Below, one piece after another: positions 1 through 9,062 of a stretch of DNA of 64,000 bases (position 1 is its first letter; each line of letters starts with the position of its first letter). Source of the DNA: Candidatus Entotheonellaceae bacterium. GTDB lineage: Bacteria; Tectomicrobia; Entotheonellia; Entotheonellales; Entotheonellaceae. The DNA lies in NCBI GenBank assembly GCA_965238075.1, contig OZ250173.1, positions 1,088,001 to 1,152,000 on the forward strand, written 5' to 3'. The notes below the pieces were generated by a model. That model saw only the letters and a program-made list of their open reading frames with translations, did not search any database and had not been told where the DNA came from. A program made the position numbers and the translations under genes.

Positions 1-41
1 CGGGCGCAGCCGGAGGGAACGGACGACAACGCAGGAACGGC

Positions 42-764
42 ATGATGCTCAGTATTCAGGGAGTGCACACCTTCTACGGCCAGATCGAGGCGCTGAAGGG
101 CGTCGACGTCGAGGTCCAAGAGGGCGAGATCGTCACGCTCATCGGCGCCAACGGGGCCGGCAAGTCGACGCTGCTGATGACCATCTGCGGCAACCCACGC
201 GCCGCCAGCGGGCGCATTTATTTCGATGGCCAGGACATTACCGACCTGCCAACGCACAACATCATTCATCGCGGCGTCGCCCAGGCCCCGGAAGGGCGGC
301 GCATTTTTCCGCGCATGACGGTCATCGAGAACCTGCGCATGGGCGCCCTCTCCACCGACGACGCCTATTTCGCGGACGACATGGCGAGCGTTTTCGACCT
401 CTTCCCGCTCCTGCGGGCAAGGCGCAACCAGCGCGGCGGCACGCTTTCCGGCGGCGAGCAGCAGATGCTTGCCGTCGGCCGCGCCCTGATGAGCCGCCCA
501 AAACTCCTGTTGCTCGACGAACCGTCGCTTGGCTTGGCCCCATTGATCGTCAAGCAGCTTTTCGCGGTGATCAAGGAGATCAACGAGCAGCAGCGGGTGA
601 CCATTTTCCTGGTGGAGCAAAACGCTTATCACGCCTTGCGGCTGGCGCACCGGGGCTACGTCATGGCCACGGGCGAAGTCATCATGGCCGGAACCGGGGC
701 CGAGTTGCTTGCCAATCCGAGAATCCACGCGGCCTACCTGGAAGGCGGGCATCAGGGAGCATAG
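42..764 (+). CDS. livF: Branched-chain amino acid ABC transporter ATP-binding protein
   Basis: Walker A GANGAGKS, signature LSGGEQQM, LLLDEPSLGL, LVEQNA, PEGRRIF motif typical of LivF. Confidence 0.95.
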   Translation: MMLSIQGVHTFYGQIEALKGVDVEVQEGEIVTLIGANGAGKSTLLMTICGNPRAASGRIYFDGQDITDLPTHNIIHRGVAQAPEGRRIFPRMTVIENLRMGALSTDDAYFADDMASVFDLFPLLRARRNQRGGTLSGGEQQMLAVGRALMSRPKLLLLDEPSLGLAPLIVKQLFAVIKEINEQQRVTIFLVEQNAYHALRLAHRGYVMATGEVIMAGTGAELLANPRIHAAYLEGGHQGA

Positions 765-768
765 AGCG

Positions 769-1122
769 TTGGAAGGCATCCTGGGATCATCGCTTGGTGT
801 TTTTATCGGTCTAAATGTTATATTGTTCGGCATCGCCTCGTGGATGACCGGAGGGGCCCTCGCCGAGAGTTGGAAATCGCTCTGGCCGGCCCTGCCTTAC
901 AGCCTCCTGCTGAGCCTCGGGTCGCGTTTTCTCACCTATGCACTCTTCGATGGCGAGTTTCTGGCGGCGAGCGGGTATGTGGTCTCGGCCGTCGTGTTGT
1001 GGTTCATCATGTTCATCGCCTACCGACTCAATCGGGCGCGGCTGATGGTTCAGCAATATCCCTGGATGTACGAACGCCGCTGGCTGTTTGCCTGGCGGGC
1101 GAAAACGCCGGACGCAGCCTGA
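769..1122 (+). CDS. Small membrane protein of liv operons (DUF6867-like)
   Basis: Three hydrophobic segments and C-terminal MVQQYPWMYER; between livF and the binding protein; TTG start at 769 inferred. Confidence 0.75.
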   Translation: MEGILGSSLGVFIGLNVILFGIASWMTGGALAESWKSLWPALPYSLLLSLGSRFLTYALFDGEFLAASGYVVSAVVLWFIMFIAYRLNRARLMVQQYPWMYERRWLFAWRAKTPDAA

Positions 1123-1167
1123 TGCTTGTGGGGCGGCTCCCATTACCCATATGAATGGAAGGAGAGG

Positions 1168-2277
1168 ATGCTGATGCGCGGACTTACCGTAACCCTATTG
1201 GCCATCGTAACGGCTTTGGCTCTGGGCGCCTCGACGGCCCAGGCGGAAATTGTGATCGCCACCGCTGGTCCCCTGACCGGCCAGTATGCTTCGTTCGGCG
1301 AGCAGATGAAGGCGGGCGCCGAGATGGCCGTCCAAGACCTCAACGCCGCGGGCGGCGTGTTGGGGCAGCAATTGCGGTTGGAGCTCGGCGACGACGCCTG
1401 CGACCCCAAGCAGGCCGTGGCCGTGGCTAATCAGATGGTGAACAAGGGCGTGGTGTTCATGGCCGGGCATTTCTGCTCCGGCTCGTCCATCCCGGCTTCC
1501 GCCGTCTATGACGAGGAAGGCATCGTGCAGATTTCGCCGGCGTCGACCAATCCGAAGCTCACCGACGAGGGCGGCCCGGGCGTCTACCGCGTCTGTGGGC
1601 GGGACGATCAGCAGGGCATCGTAGCGGGGAATTACATCGTGGACAACTATCCCGATGCCAAGATCGCTATCCTGCACGACAAGACCGCGTACGGCAAGGG
1701 CCTGGCCGACGAAACCCTGAAGCAGTTGAACAAGCGCGGCGCGCAGGAAGCCATGTACGAAGCCTACACCGCCGGGGAGAAGGACTACGCAGCCCTGGTG
1801 TCCAAGATGAAGGCCAACAACATCGACATCATCTACATCGGCGGCTACCACACCGAAGCCGGGCTGATTGTACGCCAGGCGCGTGACCGCGGGCTGGAAG
1901 CGCAGTTGATCTCCGGCGATGCCCTGGTCACCCAGGAGTACTGGCAGATCACCGGCAGCGTCGGCGAGGGCACGCTGATGACCTTCAGTCCCGACCCGCG
2001 CAAGAACCCCGACGCCGCCCCGATCGTGAAGCGTTTCCGCGATGCCGGCATCGAGCCGGAAGGCTATGTGCTCTACACGTACGGCGCCATCCAGGCGTGG
2101 GCGCAGGCGGCTGAAAAGGCCGGTTCGACTGACTTCGACCAGGTTGTTGAAGCGCTCAATACCGGCCAGTTCTCGACCGTGCTCGGCGGCATCGGTTTCA
2201 ACGCCAAGGGCGACGTGACCGCGCCCGGGTACGTCTTCTACGTGTGGAGCAACGGCTCCTACGATTACGTCCAGTAG
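1168..2277 (+). CDS. livJ: Branched-chain amino acid ABC transporter substrate-binding protein (LivJ/LivK family)
   Basis: Signal peptide, GPLTG, DDACDPKQAV, GHFCSGSS, HDKTAYGKGLA; AAGGAG RBS before ATG 1168. Confidence 0.92.
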   Translation: MLMRGLTVTLLAIVTALALGASTAQAEIVIATAGPLTGQYASFGEQMKAGAEMAVQDLNAAGGVLGQQLRLELGDDACDPKQAVAVANQMVNKGVVFMAGHFCSGSSIPASAVYDEEGIVQISPASTNPKLTDEGGPGVYRVCGRDDQQGIVAGNYIVDNYPDAKIAILHDKTAYGKGLADETLKQLNKRGAQEAMYEAYTAGEKDYAALVSKMKANNIDIIYIGGYHTEAGLIVRQARDRGLEAQLISGDALVTQEYWQITGSVGEGTLMTFSPDPRKNPDAAPIVKRFRDAGIEPEGYVLYTYGAIQAWAQAAEKAGSTDFDQVVEALNTGQFSTVLGGIGFNAKGDVTAPGYVFYVWSNGSYDYVQ

Positions 2278-2420
2278 GATCCAGCTTGGCGGGCGTTCCG
2301 GGTATCCGACCACGGACTGTCCGGACCGCCCGCAATGCCTTCCGTATCAACCGGTTACTCTTCGACCGGCAGGATCGTCGGACGTCTCCTTTCGTGCCAG
2401 GGCGACGGCTCAGCCCGCGG

Positions 2421-2449
2421 TTGACCGGCGCATCCTGCTACGCTATGGT
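2421..2449 (+). promoter_or_regulatory. Putative sigma70 promoter of the nuo cluster
   Basis: TTGACC-17 bp-TATGGT upstream of nuoB. Confidence 0.55.
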
Positions 2450-2521
2450 TAGGGGCGTTTTACGGGCCGCGCAGGCCGCAATTCCTTCACAAAATCAAGT
2501 GCGTTTGACGGAGAGAGCAGG

Positions 2522-3823
2522 ATGGTGAAAGGCTTCACATTGCCTGGGTCGCAACAGAGAGGCGCGCTCGCGGGGACGAAGATCGACGACCAGATCTTTC
2601 TCACCAGAGCCGATGAGCTCACCAAATGGGCGCGAAGCTACCGGGTGGCCCGCTTGATGAAGCTCCTGGGGGTGATCTGGCTGTTCAGCTGGGCACGGCT
2701 CTCCTCCCTGTGGCCCATGACCTTCGGCCTCGCTTGCTGTGCTATCGAGATGATGGCGACCATGGGGCCGCGGTACGATCTGGACCGCCTCGGCGCCGGG
2801 GCGTTCCGAGCGTCGCCCCGCCAGTCGGACGTCATGATTGTCGCGGGCACCGTGACGCTGAAGATGGCCAGCCGCATCAGACGTCTGTACGCACAGATGC
2901 CGGAACCCAAATTCGTCATTTCCATGGGCGCCTGCGCCAGCGCCGGCGGCCCCTACTGGGATCACGGTTATCACGTGCTCAAGGGGGTTGACAAGGTGGT
3001 GCCGGTGGACGTGTACATCCCCGGATGCCCGCCGCGCCCCGAGGCGCTGCTGGAGGCATTCGTCAAGCTGCAAGACAAAATCCGCCACGGCGCCATGTAC
3101 CAAATCCCCAAAGAACCCGAGAAGTTGATCCGTCCCGCTCCGCAGCTTGCCGCCAAGGCCGCAGCCAAGGTCGCCAAGGCTGCCCCGAAAAAAGCCGCAC
3201 CCGCAACGGCTGCCGCCCCGGCAGCGGCGCCAGCCGCCGTGGAGGAGACCGAGGTGCCCGCCGAGCTGATGAACCGGCCCTTTAAGGAACTCAGCAAGGA
3301 AGAGCGGGTCTTGGTAGCGCGCGCCCGTTCACGGGCCATGCGCGCCAAAGCCGGTGTGCCGGTTGCCGGCCCGGCTGACAGCCCCGCTGAACCCGCTGCC
3401 GCTCCAGCCCCGGCGCCGGTTGAGGCAGAAACCGTCGCGGCGGCCCCCGAGGCCATGGCCGATCCGATGGCGGAAGTGCCGCCCGACCTTCTGCAAAAGC
3501 CGTTCACGGACCTGAGCAAGGAAGAAAAGGTCATTGTCGCGCGCGCCCGTTCCCGGGCCATGCGGGCCAAATCCGGCCTGCTTGAGTCCGCGCCGGCCGA
3601 GGCTGCCCCGGCGCCGGCAGCCGCTGCAGCGCCCGAACCCGCGGCGGAAGAGGCTCCTGCCGCGCTGGCCACGGCCAGTACGGACGCCGACGGCGACGAC
3701 CCCATGGCGGAGGTGCCGCCGGAATTGCTCAGCCGTCCGTTCAAGGACCTCAACAAGGAAGAGCGCGTTATCGTGGCACGCGCCCGCTCGCGGGCCATGC
3801 GCACCAAGAGCGGAAAATCCTAG
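2522..3823 (+). CDS. nuoB: NADH-quinone oxidoreductase subunit B with long repetitive C-terminal extension
   Basis: [34 protein letters not shown]2-ligand motifs; tail with three 33-aa repeats. Confidence 0.93.
   Translation: MVKGFTLPGSQQRGALAGTKIDDQIFLTRADELTKWARSYRVARLMKLLGVIWLFSWARLSSLWPMTFGLACCAIEMMATMGPRYDLDRLGAGAFRASPRQSDVMIVAGTVTLKMASRIRRLYAQMPEPKFVISMGACASAGGPYWDHGYHVLKGVDKVVPVDVYIPGCPPRPEALLEAFVKLQDKIRHGAMYQIPKEPEKLIRPAPQLAAKAAAKVAKAAPKKAAPATAAAPAAAPAAVEETEVPAELMNRPFKELSKEERVLVARARSRAMRAKAGVPVAGPADSPAEPAAAPAPAPVEAETVAAAPEAMADPMAEVPPDLLQKPFTDLSKEEKVIVARARSRAMRAKSGLLESAPAEAAPAPAAAAAPEPAAEEAPAALATASTDADGDDPMAEVPPELLSRPFKDLNKEERVIVARARSRAMRTKSGKS
3251..3808 (+). repeat. Three 99-bp coding repeats in nuoB (3251-3349, 3473-3571, 3710-3808)
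   Basis: [33 protein letters not shown] repeated three times with Ala/Pro/Glu linkers. Confidence 0.95.
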
Positions 3824-3853
3824 ATCTATCCCCCCCTTTAAGGACCCGTCAGC

Positions 3854-4399
3854 ATGACCCCTGAGGCGATTCACGGCGCCCTTCAGCAGCGCTTTGGAGA
3901 GGCCGTGACGGCCTTTGAAGCCGACGCTATCGACCCGACGGTAACGGTCGAGGCGTCCGCCATCCACGACGTTGGCGCTTATCTGCGCAGCGAACCGGGC
4001 ATGATGTTCGATTCACTCATGTGTTTGAGCGGCGTGGATTATGGCGAGGAGAAGAGCAGCCTCGGCGTTGTCTATCATCTTCACTCGACCTCGCTCCGGC
4101 ACACCATCACCCTACGAGTGGAGGTGCCGCGGCAAGACGGCGTGGTGCCAACGGTATGCGACATCTGGCGCACCGCCGAATGGCATGAGCGGGAGGCATT
4201 CGATCTCTTCGGCATGCGTTTTGACCGGCACCCCGATCACCGCCGCATCCTGCTGCCGGACGACTGGGAAGGTCACCCGCTGCTCAAGGATTATCAGGTC
4301 CAGGAGTTCTACCAGGGTATTCCCGTTCCCTACGAGGGCGACCCGCCGGAGATCGGCATGGACGTTTATCGCTTTCAGGACCGCGAGGACCCCGCCTAA
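3854..4399 (+). CDS. nuoC: NADH-quinone oxidoreductase subunit C
   Basis: EREAFDLFGMRF, RRILLPDDWEGHPLLKDY. Confidence 0.95.
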   Translation: MTPEAIHGALQQRFGEAVTAFEADAIDPTVTVEASAIHDVGAYLRSEPGMMFDSLMCLSGVDYGEEKSSLGVVYHLHSTSLRHTITLRVEVPRQDGVVPTVCDIWRTAEWHEREAFDLFGMRFDRHPDHRRILLPDDWEGHPLLKDYQVQEFYQGIPVPYEGDPPEIGMDVYRFQDREDPA

Positions 4400-4414
4400 A
4401 CGAAGGATTTAACC

Positions 4415-4960
4415 GTGCTGCAATACTTTCAGAACATCTGGGAAGGCTTCTGGACACCCTTGGTGGGGCTGAGCATGACGTGGCGCAAGCTGTTCACCCC
4501 GGCCGTCACCATGCAATACCCGGAGGAGCGCTGGGAACTGCCGACAAACTCCCGCATGCAACTGTTCGTGAACATGGACGACTGCATCGGCTGCCTGCAG
4601 TGCGAACGTGTCTGCCCGGTGCAGTGCATCAGCATCGACACCGTCAAGGCCATCCCCGGCGAGGTCGAGGCGACAACCACCGGCCACAAGAAGCGCCTGC
4701 ATGTCACCAAGTTCGACATCGACATGGTCAAGTGCTGCTACTGCGACCTGTGCACCTTCCCCTGCCCCACTGAATGCATTTACATGACCCCGAGCTTCGA
4801 GGATTCTTCGCCGGATCGCTATGGCTTGGTTTATCACTTCGTCAACATGACGCCCCGACACGCCGCCGAGCTGGAAGAAAAGGCCCGCCAATTCGACGAG
4901 GCGGAAGCAGCCAGGAAAGAGGCGAAGGCGTCCGAGAAATCCGCTACCGCAACGGCCTGA
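4415..4960 (+). CDS. nuoI: NADH-quinone oxidoreductase subunit I (2x[4Fe-4S])
   Basis: TMQYPEE; CIGCLQCERVCP and CCYCDLCTFPCP ferredoxin motifs. Confidence 0.9.
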   Translation: MLQYFQNIWEGFWTPLVGLSMTWRKLFTPAVTMQYPEERWELPTNSRMQLFVNMDDCIGCLQCERVCPVQCISIDTVKAIPGEVEATTTGHKKRLHVTKFDIDMVKCCYCDLCTFPCPTECIYMTPSFEDSSPDRYGLVYHFVNMTPRHAAELEEKARQFDEAEAARKEAKASEKSATATA

Positions 4961-4979
4961 TCTCGAGCAGGAAACCAAC

Positions 4980-6149
4980 ATGTCCGCAATGGCACGGCAA
5001 ACCGCCGGCGATGAGTTTGGCATCAGTTACGAGCGGCAGGGCGACGACATGGTCCTGCAGATGGGACCGCAACATCCCAGCACGCACGGGGTGCTGCGGC
5101 TTGAAATCGTCACGGACGGGGAGTTGGTGAAGCACATTACGCCGCACCTCGGCTACCTGCATCGCTGCTTCGAGAAGCACGCCGAGGCGATGACGTACCC
5201 GCAGGTGATCCCCTACGCCGACCGTATGGACTACCTGAGCGCCATGAATCAGGAATTGGCCTATGTGCTGGCGGTGGAAAAGCTCATGGGGCTCAAGGAG
5301 TTTCCCGAGCGCCTGGAATACATCCGCGTGCTCATGGCCGAGCTGCAGCGCATCGCCAGTCATTTGCTGGCCATCGCTACCTACGGCCTGGACCTGGGCG
5401 CCATGACGCCCTTCTTCTGGTGCCTCCGCGATCGCGAAAAGATCCTCGACCTGTTTGAATGGGCAAGCGGTGCGCGCTTACTTTACAACTACCTGTGGAT
5501 CGGCGGCGTGGCGCACGACCTGCCGGCGGGCTACACCGACAAGGTTACGGAATTCATTACCTACTTCGAGCCGCGCGTCCAGGAGTTGAACGATCTGCTG
5601 TCGTCGAACAAGATCTTCATCGAGCGCGCCGCTTCGATCGGCGTCCTGACCGCGGCAGATGCCATCAGTTACGGCATCGGTGGTCCGAATCTGCGGGGCA
5701 GCGGCGTCAAATGGGACCTGCGTAAGGAAGAGCCCTACGGGATTTATGATCGCTTTGAATTCGACGTGCCGGTGGCGATGGGCGAGTTCGGCGTCTTGGG
5801 CTCGGCTTGGGACCGCTACATCGTGCGGGTGCGCGAGATGCTGGAGTCGCTGAAAATTATCCGGCAGGTCGTCGATCAGATGCCGGGCGGCGACCCCAAC
5901 GAGGCCATGCCGCGACGCATTCGCCCGGCGAAGGGCGAGGCGTATCTACGCACCGAATCGCCACGCGGCGAGTTGGGCTTCTACCTGGTCAGCGACGGCA
6001 CCGAGAAGCCGTTCCGCTGCAAGGCGCGCTCACCGTGTTTTACCGCCATCAGCGCTCTGAACGCCATGAACCACGGCGGCATGCTGATCGCTGACGCCGT
6101 CGCGGTGATCGGCAGCCTGGACATCGTGCTGGGTGAGATTGATCGGTAG
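4980..6149 (+). CDS. nuoD: NADH-quinone oxidoreductase subunit D
   Basis: GPQHPSTHGVLRL, GYLHR, DRMDY, ESPRGELG, C-terminal SLDIVLGEIDR; no NiFe CxxC motifs. Confidence 0.95.
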   Translation: MSAMARQTAGDEFGISYERQGDDMVLQMGPQHPSTHGVLRLEIVTDGELVKHITPHLGYLHRCFEKHAEAMTYPQVIPYADRMDYLSAMNQELAYVLAVEKLMGLKEFPERLEYIRVLMAELQRIASHLLAIATYGLDLGAMTPFFWCLRDREKILDLFEWASGARLLYNYLWIGGVAHDLPAGYTDKVTEFITYFEPRVQELNDLLSSNKIFIERAASIGVLTAADAISYGIGGPNLRGSGVKWDLRKEEPYGIYDRFEFDVPVAMGEFGVLGSAWDRYIVRVREMLESLKIIRQVVDQMPGGDPNEAMPRRIRPAKGEAYLRTESPRGELGFYLVSDGTEKPFRCKARSPCFTAISALNAMNHGGMLIADAVAVIGSLDIVLGEIDR

Positions 6150-6185
6150 TCCAGGCTTATCCGGCTTTGATGGCTTGTGTCTGAG

Positions 6186-6214
6186 GTAGGTCGGATTTTC
6201 GAAATGCTCCGACC
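6186..6214 (+). repeat. Degenerate GTAG-type REP-like palindrome
   Basis: GTAGGTCGGA...TCCGACC, related to copies at 20876, 55913, 58226. Confidence 0.6.
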
Positions 6215-6514
6215 CGCCTCTGTTGGCTTCTACTCCAACCGCGTGCAAAGACCACCCCCCCCCTGAACGTCCATTCTCCTCCCCAACCATCACGCTTGCA
6301 CCGCCTGCATGCTCGCCACCACAAGCAAGCCGGCGTTCCACGTGATATCGCCGTTTGACATGTCTACCAATGACCTTTCCGGCATGGTGCTCGTTTTGCT
6401 TGTTTCACCAGGTCGCAAGGCAAGGGGGCCTTTCGCCCGTCGGGCGCAGTAGACCGTCGTGTGTCTTCAGTCGGCCGACAGCGAACGTTGCCAAACACGT
6501 CTGCATTGATACGA

Positions 6515-6601
6515 ATGACAAGTACGTTTTAGTATGACAATACTCATTGTTAATTGTCGCAATGCTGTTGTCTTTCATTGTACTGTCAGAGTACTGTCAG
6601 A
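6515..6601. promoter_or_regulatory. Putative operator repeats upstream of the TA operon
   Basis: Tandem GTACTGTCAGA at 6580-6590 and 6591-6601; inverted-related ATGACAAGTAC (6515) and ATGACAATAC (6534) in an AT-rich stretch. Confidence 0.55.
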
Positions 6602-6632
6602 AAAGCACCTGAGACGGTTCGAGGAGCGATAT

Positions 6633-7106
6633 ATGCAAGCGGATGCCGTCGAGATGAAACGCGTCGTGGAAGGCTTGCCTACGATATCCACGAAGATCCG
6701 TGCCCTTGATGCTGCTGGATACATGCGAGCCGACATCGCCAGATTTCTGGGCAAACGTTACCAGCACGTGTGGAACGTTTTGGTGCGAGCCCGGCCGAAA
6801 ACCGAAGCCACACAAGCCCCATGTCCCATGCCCGATGAACCCGGAGACGTCGAATCTCAGAGGATTCGCCTTCTTGCAGACGGACGCATGGTGATCCCCG
6901 CCAAAATGCGGTCGGCCATGCTGATTGATGAGGGCGGCTATCTGACGGCTCGTGTGGTCGAAGGAGAACTGCGGGTGCTGACACCCAAGGCGGCAGTCTT
7001 GAAGCTGCAGAGGAGGATGCGAGAAGAAGTGCCGGAAGGCGTTTCTGTGATTGATGACCTGATCGCCGAAAGGCGCGCCGAGGCACAGCGTGAGGATAGC
7101 GAATGA
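6633..7106 (+). CDS. AbrB/MazE-family antitoxin with extra N-terminal helical DNA-binding-like domain
   Basis: DGRMVIPAKMRSAM AbrB motif, C-terminal SVIDDLIAERRAEA; GAGGAG RBS before ATG 6633; overlaps the PIN toxin start. Confidence 0.8.
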   Translation: MQADAVEMKRVVEGLPTISTKIRALDAAGYMRADIARFLGKRYQHVWNVLVRARPKTEATQAPCPMPDEPGDVESQRIRLLADGRMVIPAKMRSAMLIDEGGYLTARVVEGELRVLTPKAAVLKLQRRMREEVPEGVSVIDDLIAERRAEAQREDSE

Positions 7107-7483
7107 TGGTCGTTCTTGATGCCTCGGCTGTGCTTGCAGTCGTCAACGGCGAGCCCGGCGCAGCACGGGTCGAAGATGTCTGGATGGACGCCTCGATAAG
7201 CGCGGCGAATTTTTCCGAGGTCATTGCGAAGCTGGTAGATAACGGCCTCGACGATGCCGATACCATCGGCGTCCTCGAGGCACTGCCGCTTACGGTTCAT
7301 GACGTCGATGTCGCCCAGGCCCGGCGGGCGGGATTGTTGCGCCGTCAGACGCGCGAACACGGCCTGTCGCTCGGTGATCGTGCCTGTTTGGCTTTGGCGG
7401 TATCGCTGGGGCTTCCTGTGATGACGGCAGACCACGCCTGGATGGCTCTGGACCTGGGTATCGAGGTTATTGTGATCCGGTGA
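7103..7483 (+). CDS. vapC: VapC-family PIN domain toxin
   Basis: VLDASAVLA, NFSE, LSLGDRACLALA, TAD PIN motifs. Confidence 0.92.
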   Translation: MMVVLDASAVLAVVNGEPGAARVEDVWMDASISAANFSEVIAKLVDNGLDDADTIGVLEALPLTVHDVDVAQARRAGLLRRQTREHGLSLGDRACLALAVSLGLPVMTADHAWMALDLGIEVIVIR

Positions 7484-7494
7484 TCTGGCAAGGG

Positions 7495-7869
7495 CTATGT
7501 CGCCTGCCGCCGCCGGTAATCCCCGACAGCAGCCTTCACGGCGTCCTCGGCGAGGACGGACGTATGCACCTTCTGCGGGCTCAGGCCGCCGAGCGCCTCG
7601 TTCACCTCGACGCGCGTCAGCGGTATGGGTTCGTTGACGCTGCGTCCGATGAGTAGCTCAGTGGTCACCGACCCGGCAGCGATGGCTGCCGGACAGCCCA
7701 TCGTCTTGAATTTGGCCTCGGCGATGCGTGCGTCGACGATGCGCAGGGTGAGGTGCATGATGTCGCCGCAGGCCGGGTTGGAAACTTCCGCCGCCGCGTC
7801 GGGGTGTTCGATGGCACCGATATTGCGGGGATTGTCGAAATGCTCGTGAACCGCATCCGAGTATCGCAT
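7495..7869 (-). CDS. iscU: IscU/NifU-like Fe-S scaffold protein (third Cys replaced by Thr)
   Basis: YSDAVHEHFDNPRNIG, NPACGD, FKTMGCPAAIA; downstream of cysteine desulfurase. Confidence 0.88.
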   Translation of the reverse strand: MRYSDAVHEHFDNPRNIGAIEHPDAAAEVSNPACGDIMHLTLRIVDARIAEAKFKTMGCPAAIAAGSVTTELLIGRSVNEPIPLTRVEVNEALGGLSPQKVHTSVLAEDAVKAAVGDYRRRQAT

Positions 7870-7895
7870 GCCGTGTCCTCTCTTTCCGTCCCGCC

Positions 7896-9038
7896 TCACA
7901 CGCTGCGGGCTTGCGCCACGATGTCCGGCAGGATGTCAAGGACGTAATCGACGTCGTCCGTCATGGTGGCGCGCCCCAGGCTGATCCGCAACGCCCCGTG
8001 CAAATAGAGTCGCGGCACGCGCATGGCCCGCAGCACGTGCGACGGCTCCAACGAGCCGGAACTGCACGCCGAACCGGTCGAAATGGCCACCCCTTGCAGA
8101 TCGAGGCTCATCATCAGCGCCTCGCCCTCCGCCCCGGCAAAAGCGACGTTCGTGGTGCCCGGCAGCCGCGGCGCGTCTTCGCCCTGAATGCGTACCTCGC
8201 CAATGCGTTCCCGGATGCCGTGTTCCAAGCGCTGCTGAAGCTGCCGCTGGCGCTCGCCTTCGGCTGCCATGTCGCCAGTGGCGATGGCGCAAGCCTTGCC
8301 CAGCGCGGCGATGCCGGGGACGTTCTCGGTGCCGGAACGCCGCCCGCGCTCCTGATGGCCGCCGTGCAGGAGGGGTTGCAGCGCCGCGGGCGAACGCTCG
8401 TACCAGCCGCCAATCCCCTTCGGGGCGTATATCTTGTGCCCGGAAAAGGAAAGAAAATCCACCCCCAGATGGTCCACCGACAGCGGCACTTTGCCAAATG
8501 CCTGAACCGCGTCGGTGTGCATCAGGATGCCGCGTTCGCGCACCAGACGGGCAATATCGGCGATGGGCTGCAACGTGCCGACTTCGTTGTTGGCAGCCAT
8601 GATAGATACCAGAATGGTCTGATCGATCAGGCTGTCGCGCACCGCCTGTGGATCGACGAGCCCGCGTTCGTCCACCGGTACGTAGGTGACTTCGTAGCCT
8701 TGCCGTTCGAGAGCGGCGCAGGCGTCGAGGACGGCGGGATGCTCGATCTGCGAGGTGACCAGATGGCGGCCGTGCTCGCGGCGCGCCTGAGCCACGCCCT
8801 TGATGATGGTGTTGTTGGCCTCGGTGCCGCCACTGCTGAAAATGACCGACGACGCGGGCGCCTCCAGCACTTCGGCGACCTCGTCGCGGGCGTCATCGAC
8901 GGCCACCCGCGCCCGCCGGCCGTAATGGTGCACGCTCGACGGGTTGCCGAAAGCCTCGCGCTGATAGGGCAGCAACGCCTCGAGCACGTCGGGCAGCACA
9001 GGCGTTGTGGCATTGTGGTCTAAATAGACGTAGCGCAT
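7896..9038 (-). CDS. iscS: Cysteine desulfurase (IscS/NifS family)
   Basis: YLDHNATTP, GNPSS, HTDAVQA, SGHK PLP lysine, RSGTEN, GSACSSG catalytic Cys. Confidence 0.95.
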   Translation of the reverse strand: MRYVYLDHNATTPVLPDVLEALLPYQREAFGNPSSVHHYGRRARVAVDDARDEVAEVLEAPASSVIFSSGGTEANNTIIKGVAQARREHGRHLVTSQIEHPAVLDACAALERQGYEVTYVPVDERGLVDPQAVRDSLIDQTILVSIMAANNEVGTLQPIADIARLVRERGILMHTDAVQAFGKVPLSVDHLGVDFLSFSGHKIYAPKGIGGWYERSPAALQPLLHGGHQERGRRSGTENVPGIAALGKACAIATGDMAAEGERQRQLQQRLEHGIRERIGEVRIQGEDAPRLPGTTNVAFAGAEGEALMMSLDLQGVAISTGSACSSGSLEPSHVLRAMRVPRLYLHGALRISLGRATMTDDVDYVLDILPDIVAQARSV

Positions 9039-9062
9039 GTTGTCAGCAATTCCGCTCAGCCG

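Noticed and set aside
3251-3808. CRISPR-like array
   Set aside because: Repeats are 99-bp in-frame coding units with synonymous variation; no cas genes or repeat-spacer array in the window
4980-6149. Group 4 NiFe hydrogenase large subunit
   Set aside because: No N- or C-terminal CxxC nickel ligands; ends in the NuoD-type GEIDR
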